This document shows positions 59,446-64,000 of a stretch of 64,000 nt of DNA, piece after piece. Below the pieces are notes generated by a model, which was given only the letters and a program-made list of their open reading frames with translations, ran no database searches and was not told where the DNA came from. The translations under genes were made by a program, and so were the position numbers. Every line of letters begins with the position of its first letter. The stretch's first letter is position 1. The DNA is from Candidatus Spongiisociaceae bacterium (GTDB taxonomy: Bacteria; Actinomycetota; Acidimicrobiia; Spongiisociales; Spongiisociaceae), in the NCBI GenBank assembly GCA_965219685.1, contig CBDCOH010000002.1, forward strand, positions 1,376,001-1,440,000. Reading direction: 5' to 3'.

Positions 59446-61197
59446 TTGGACGCTCCGGGGTGGCACGTGATCAGGTCGCCGGCCAGGCGTCTAGCACTGC
59501 CAGCTGCCGTGATGATGGTGGTGACGGCGCTTCTCGTCGTGTCGGCGCCAGGCGGGGAATCGTCGACGTATCTGGGCTCCGTCCCGGCCGCCGCGGCCGC
59601 CTCTCAGCCGTCGGGGCCGGTGTCGTCAGGCAACCACGAGCCGACGGTGGCCTTCGCCGACACCGAGTACTCGGTCCTCTTGTTGGGACGCATATTCGGC
59701 CGCACCGAGGTTCCCGGAGGCAACCCCGACCTGCCCCGGGACTTAGCGGAGGCAGCTTCCACCAACACGTTCACATACTTCGGTGAACTGGAGACGGAGC
59801 AGCGGCACGACGCCGACTTGGATCTGACGTTCATGGTCGAGGGCCGGCCCGACGCATCCAACTACCAGTACTGCAGACAGGATTCGCCCACCTGCCACAA
59901 CACAGAGGTGAGAGTTCTCCCCGACAAGGGACTCCTGTACTTCTGGTACTCAGGAAGCACGATCAACGAGACCCACTGGCCGGCCGCATTCGCCCCCCAG
60001 CGGCTGGAAGTGTCGGCGTCCGAGACCGGCACTGGACTCAAGGTGTACCGGGAGGTGCTGGTGAACCCGCCGCCGGAGGCCGAGGGCTGCGAGGACTACG
60101 GCGAAAACAGCGTCGAGGCCTACGTCTGCATCTACCTGCGGGAGTTCATCCCCGACGGAGCCGGGGGTGGCAGCAACGAAGGGACGCTGCGGGCCGGCTT
60201 GCCCGGGCTGGTGTACGACAGTTCAAACTACAACCTGGTTTTTGCGGAAGAGTTCGACGGCACCCCTCCTGCCGCCAACGATGCAGGGTGCAGCGACGGC
60301 CTTTCCACGCTGGACGACTCGATTTGGAACTACAACGACGCCTGCGTAGAGGTGGACCCCCGGGGCGAGTCGTGCGGCAACATCGCCGACGGCAGCCTTA
60401 CGATCGCGAGGGCACACAAGTGCCGTGCGAAGCTGAGTACCTATGGCAAACTCCACTACAGATACGGATACCTGGAGTTCAAATACACAGTCAACATGGA
60501 TCGATGGACCGACTTACACGCCAACATGAACCTCTTAGCGTGGGTCCACAACAATTCGCGGAAGCATCTGTGGAGCCAATACGGCGTGCCGATGAACGAC
60601 TGGGAGGACTACCTCAAGTACGGCGATGTCGAAATGGACTTCTTGGAGTACGTTCCCCCCGGCAGACACCAGAGTTGGAATACGCACGCGAATTGGCACC
60701 AATCCATAGCCGACAACCTGCCGGGGTACAGGGGCCGCAAGCAGATCTATTTCTGCTGGAACTCGAACTATTCGTACTATGGGTTCTGGGTGAATCCCGG
60801 AACCTGCAGGGCTGCAACCACTTTCACAGTCACCCAGGGAGTGGAGTGGACCCCGCGCGGCTACCGCACCTTTATGAAATTAGACGACTTTCATGACGAA
60901 CTAACGTTGGTGACCGAGCAATACATAGAGATCACGGAGTTCAGGCAAGGGCGAGTAGTCCACCCTTCGGAGGACGAGCGGTCTCGCTACTTCGAATACA
61001 TCAAGCCCGATGACCCCAGCACGATTCTGGAGCAGGTCGCCATCGGCCACACGCCGAATCCTTTGAGCATCGCCACCTGGGGCTATCCGGCGAGCTTCGC
61101 TCGGCCGCCCTCTATACGCACCCGGATGGAGTTCGACTACGTCCGGCTGTGGCAGCCCGAGAACCACTACTCCGACATGGAGCCCGTGTACCAGTAG
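59446..61197 (+). CDS. Secreted GH16-like glycoside hydrolase, tandem paralogue
   Basis: YNLVFAEEFDG, YRYGYLEF, EMDFLE, MEFDYVRLWQ; start uncertain. Confidence 0.72.
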   Translation: MDAPGWHVIRSPARRLALPAAVMMVVTALLVVSAPGGESSTYLGSVPAAAAASQPSGPVSSGNHEPTVAFADTEYSVLLLGRIFGRTEVPGGNPDLPRDLAEAASTNTFTYFGELETEQRHDADLDLTFMVEGRPDASNYQYCRQDSPTCHNTEVRVLPDKGLLYFWYSGSTINETHWPAAFAPQRLEVSASETGTGLKVYREVLVNPPPEAEGCEDYGENSVEAYVCIYLREFIPDGAGGGSNEGTLRAGLPGLVYDSSNYNLVFAEEFDGTPPAANDAGCSDGLSTLDDSIWNYNDACVEVDPRGESCGNIADGSLTIARAHKCRAKLSTYGKLHYRYGYLEFKYTVNMDRWTDLHANMNLLAWVHNNSRKHLWSQYGVPMNDWEDYLKYGDVEMDFLEYVPPGRHQSWNTHANWHQSIADNLPGYRGRKQIYFCWNSNYSYYGFWVNPGTCRAATTFTVTQGVEWTPRGYRTFMKLDDFHDELTLVTEQYIEITEFRQGRVVHPSEDERSRYFEYIKPDDPSTILEQVAIGHTPNPLSIATWGYPASFARPPSIRTRMEFDYVRLWQPENHYSDMEPVYQ

Positions 61198-61232
61198 GAA
61201 TTGGGCCCCGGCGAGCGTCAGCGGGCAGCCCA

Positions 61233-61733
61233 CTAGCTGTCGGTAGGCGAATTCTCCCAGCGAACCTCTCCGAAGCGGGCGAAGTCGGTGTCGGCGCTCA
61301 TCACCGTGAGGCCGTGCTCAGTGGCGAGAGCCGCCAGCATGGCGTCGGGCACCAGATTGGCCGTGACGTGATGGCCGGTGACGAGTTCGCCCAGGATGGC
61401 GGCGGCGCGGCGCAGGTCACTCCACTGCTTCAGGGCGCGGCCGTCGGGATAGAGCCGCAGCACGGTCGGCTCCGGCTGGCGGACGGTGACACGTCCGGCG
61501 AGCCCCATGTCCCGGATCACCGGTCGTTGCAGGCCCCACAGCCGGAACGCGCACGTGGAGAAGCGGAACCCGTCGATGAGTTCTTCCGTGGCGACAGCGC
61601 CGCCCACGTGGCTGCGCGCTTCGAGAAGCCGCACCCGGAACCCGGCACGCGCCAGGTAGAACGCCGTCACCAACCCGTTGTGCCCGGCTCCCACGATGAC
61701 GACATCCGTGCCGGTCCTCGTCGAGCCCCTCAC
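61233..61733 (-). pseudogene. In-frame chimera: phytoene-dehydrogenase-like N-terminus fused to a VapC PIN-toxin C-terminus
   Basis: DVVIVGAGHNGL..LEAR..VGGAVATEE then NLVPDAMLAALATEHGLTVMSADTDFARF..RWEN. Confidence 0.75.
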
Positions 61734-61738
61734 GGGCG

Positions 61739-63259
61739 TCAGCCCACTATCGGCCAGGGGGTGAAGCTCCCCGGACCCACCTCGTTCTCGAAGCGGGAAG
61801 CGGCCGCATCGATCCGGCGATACGCCTCCGCCGCGTCGAAGCGGGTGAAGCGACCCCCGTCGTAGATGGCTTCCCCGTCGACGATGACCGTGTCGACCGT
61901 GCGGGACTGCCGGTAGAACACCAGGCTGTCGACGGGATCCTGGAATCTGGGGTGCGCTTCGGGACGATCCAGCGAGTGGATCACGATGTCGGCGCGCTTG
62001 CCGACTTCCAGCGACCCGATCTCGTCTGCCATGCCCACAGCCGCCGCGCCGTGCAGTGTTGCCATCTCGAGGATCGTCTCCCCCGTGAAGACCGGCATCT
62101 CGTTCCGGACCTCGCGGAATCCAACCGCGGCGAGATACATCTGCCGCCCGACGTCGCGCCGTGCGCTCACCCCATCGGACCCGAGGGCGACCGTTGAACC
62201 GGCGCGCACCATCTCCGGGAAACGGCCCATCCGCAGGGCGCCCATACCCCGGCGTACCGAGGCGGTCGGGCAGTGGACGACGCTGGTGCCCGACTCGATC
62301 GTGAGCTCCAGCTCGCGCTCGTCGAGGTGGATCATGTGCACGAGCGTGAGCCCCGGTCCGAGGATTCCGAGGTCGGCGAGGTGTTCGAGGGGCCGCTTAC
62401 CGTGCTCGTCGAGCGAGGCGCTGACCTCCTCGGGCCCCCAGGACTGATGCATGAGCATGGGCACCCGGTGCTCGTGCGCCAACTCCCTGGCTCGGACAAG
62501 CAGCTCGTCGGTGTTCCGTCCGCTGCCGAACAGGTTGACTACGCCCCTCACCCGTCGCTCGCTGTGAAACGGGTGATCCTCGATCTGGCGCTGCAGCCGC
62601 TCGAGCGCGACGGGGGTGGTCACCCCGAGGATGTCGATCTCCGACTGCGGCATCGAGCCGAACCGCGGGTCCTCGAGCTCGTCGGCATCGATCTCCAGGT
62701 TGCCGTCGATGAGAAAGTGGCCCGGGAAGCCCCGGATACCCACCATCTCGAGGGCGCGCACCTCGTCCTCCAGCCAGAAAGCGCTCCCGGTATCGGCGAA
62801 CATCGTTGTGCCGTTGGCGACCATCTCCATGGACGAGATCAGAGTGCCGAAGTGGTCCATCTCCGGTGAGCGTGCATCCCACAGGGCCAACTCCAGGTCG
62901 CTCCAGTCGGCCGTGTCTTTGGGCGCGAACCCGCGGATCAGCTCTTGGCTGTTGACATGAACGTGGGCATCGATGAATCCGGGGTGAACAAGGGCGCCTT
63001 GCAGGTCGCGTTCCGCTGCGCCGTCGGGCACCGCAATCTCGTCGTCCGGTCCGATGGCGACGATCCGGCCGCTGCCGATCGCGATCGAACCATCCAGCAG
63101 GATACGGCGATCGGTATCCATCGTGATGATGTGACCGTGCCGCAGCACGGTGTCCACACCGGTTGCCGGACGCTCTTCGCCTGCAGGCGTCACGTCGACC
63201 TGCTCCGGCTCCACGGTCTCTACGCTGCCTTGCCTGCCGCCTACGACCCGACGAGCCAA
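61739..63259 (-). CDS. SsnA/MtaD-type amidohydrolase (start possibly GTG 63214)
   Basis: PGFIDAHVH, MHQS, LVHM, LGSDG, GSLEVGKRADIV. Confidence 0.88.
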   Translation of the reverse strand: MARRVVGGRQGSVETVEPEQVDVTPAGEERPATGVDTVLRHGHIITMDTDRRILLDGSIAIGSGRIVAIGPDDEIAVPDGAAERDLQGALVHPGFIDAHVHVNSQELIRGFAPKDTADWSDLELALWDARSPEMDHFGTLISSMEMVANGTTMFADTGSAFWLEDEVRALEMVGIRGFPGHFLIDGNLEIDADELEDPRFGSMPQSEIDILGVTTPVALERLQRQIEDHPFHSERRVRGVVNLFGSGRNTDELLVRARELAHEHRVPMLMHQSWGPEEVSASLDEHGKRPLEHLADLGILGPGLTLVHMIHLDERELELTIESGTSVVHCPTASVRRGMGALRMGRFPEMVRAGSTVALGSDGVSARRDVGRQMYLAAVGFREVRNEMPVFTGETILEMATLHGAAAVGMADEIGSLEVGKRADIVIHSLDRPEAHPRFQDPVDSLVFYRQSRTVDTVIVDGEAIYDGGRFTRFDAAEAYRRIDAAASRFENEVGPGSFTPWPIVG

Positions 63260-64000
63260 CGGCGGGGGTTGTCCTGGGTGATCTTCTTTATCGCCTCTTC
63301 CGTAATGCCCAGATCGAGCAGCGCCGGGAGGAACGTCTCGGAGAGATACACGAAGCCGGGACCGCCGTGGGTCTTGAACTGAGGGAACTTGCAGGTGTCG
63401 TGGGAGAGCAGGACATAGTCCTCATGTCCCTTGTCGACCAACTCCTTCACGGTGTTCATGATGTGCTCCTCGAAGGTTCCCAGACCAGTGAATTGCCCGC
63501 AGTTGTCGAACATGACGAGGGCTCCTCGTGCGATGAGACCCTCGAGGAATTCCATGTGGGGATAGGAATCGCAATGGCCGACCGCGACCCGAGACATGTC
63601 GACATCCTCTTCCTCGAAAATCGTCAGGATGTCGGGTGCGACGGGGCCGATAGCGTGGATCGCACCCAGCGCGAGTCCGGTTGCCTTGTGGGCCCGTGCC
63701 GCCGCTCGCAGCACCCTCTCCTCCACCGGAGCGACCCAGGTCTTCTCCACACCGATCTCGCCGATCACCCCGGGCTTGATGCCGGTCCCGTCGACTCCCT
63801 CTGTGATCTCTGCGATGAGCTGGTCGGCGAGGGATCCGACGGTACGTCTCTCGATCACATCCTCGGGCCGGTAGTAATTGCCCCGATACCATCCGCACCC
63901 CATCACGATCTGGACGCCCGTGGTCTCAGAAAGCTTACGCAGGCGCTCCGGCGACCTGCCGATGTCCGGTACGGTCAGATCGACGAGAGTGGTTCCGCCC
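63241..64000 (-). CDS. Phosphotriesterase-homology protein (5' end outside window)
   Basis: GGTTLVDLT..IGR.P..L, EITEGVDGTGIKPGVIGEIG, GHCD, LLSHD, DNPRR. Confidence 0.88.
   Translation of the reverse strand, partial: GGTTLVDLTVPDIGRSPERLRKLSETTGVQIVMGCGWYRGNYYRPEDVIERRTVGSLADQLIAEITEGVDGTGIKPGVIGEIGVEKTWVAPVEERVLRAAARAHKATGLALGAIHAIGPVAPDILTIFEEEDVDMSRVAVGHCDSYPHMEFLEGLIARGALVMFDNCGQFTGLGTFEEHIMNTVKELVDKGHEDYVLLSHDTCKFPQFKTHGGPGFVYLSETFLPALLDLGITEEAIKKITQDNPRRWLVGS

Noticed and set aside
57440-61197. Diversity-generating retroelement, with the remnant as template repeat and the gene ends as variable repeats
   Set aside because: Differences are not adenine-specific, include indels, and no reverse transcriptase is present in the window

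Overview
High-GC actinobacterial chromosome segment. It is most consistent with an Acidimicrobiia-type genome (TTAAP-linker lipoproteins, mycothiol MshB/Mca enzyme, F420-dependent enzymes, homodimeric aceE); a host-associated, e.g. sponge-symbiont, lifestyle is inference only. About 0-35 kb is a catabolic accessory region with two paralogous SsuABC/THI5-like ABC importers, six paralogues of one Amidohydro_2-type subfamily with eroded metal ligands, two paralogous MtaD/SsnA-type deaminases, a nitrilase, an enolase-superfamily enzyme and a CoA-transferase. It also holds a three-gene operon: beta-keto acid cleavage enzyme + GrdE-like + GrdB-like selenoprotein. The GrdB-like gene has an in-frame UGA followed by a SECIS-like hairpin, has lost both cysteines of the canonical UxxCxxC motif, and has no grdA/C/D in the window. 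About 35-48 kb is mostly housekeeping (arfB, menA, aceE, mshB/mca, moaA) with single inserted defence or selfish genes (Mrr, DUF222-HNH). About 48-64 kb carries orphan Tad pseudopilins, an AAC(2')-like GNAT, an LLM/decarboxylase/signal-less SBP operon, a cadherin-type secreted protein, tandem GH16-like paralogues and a dehydrogenase-VapC chimera. Non-coding features include a two-copy ~165-bp MITE-like hairpin element, several 7-nt-periodic tracts rich in stop codons, a probable AUU start codon and a composite DNA-damage promoter. No rRNA, tRNA or CRISPR array was seen. All family calls come from motif recognition, not database searches.
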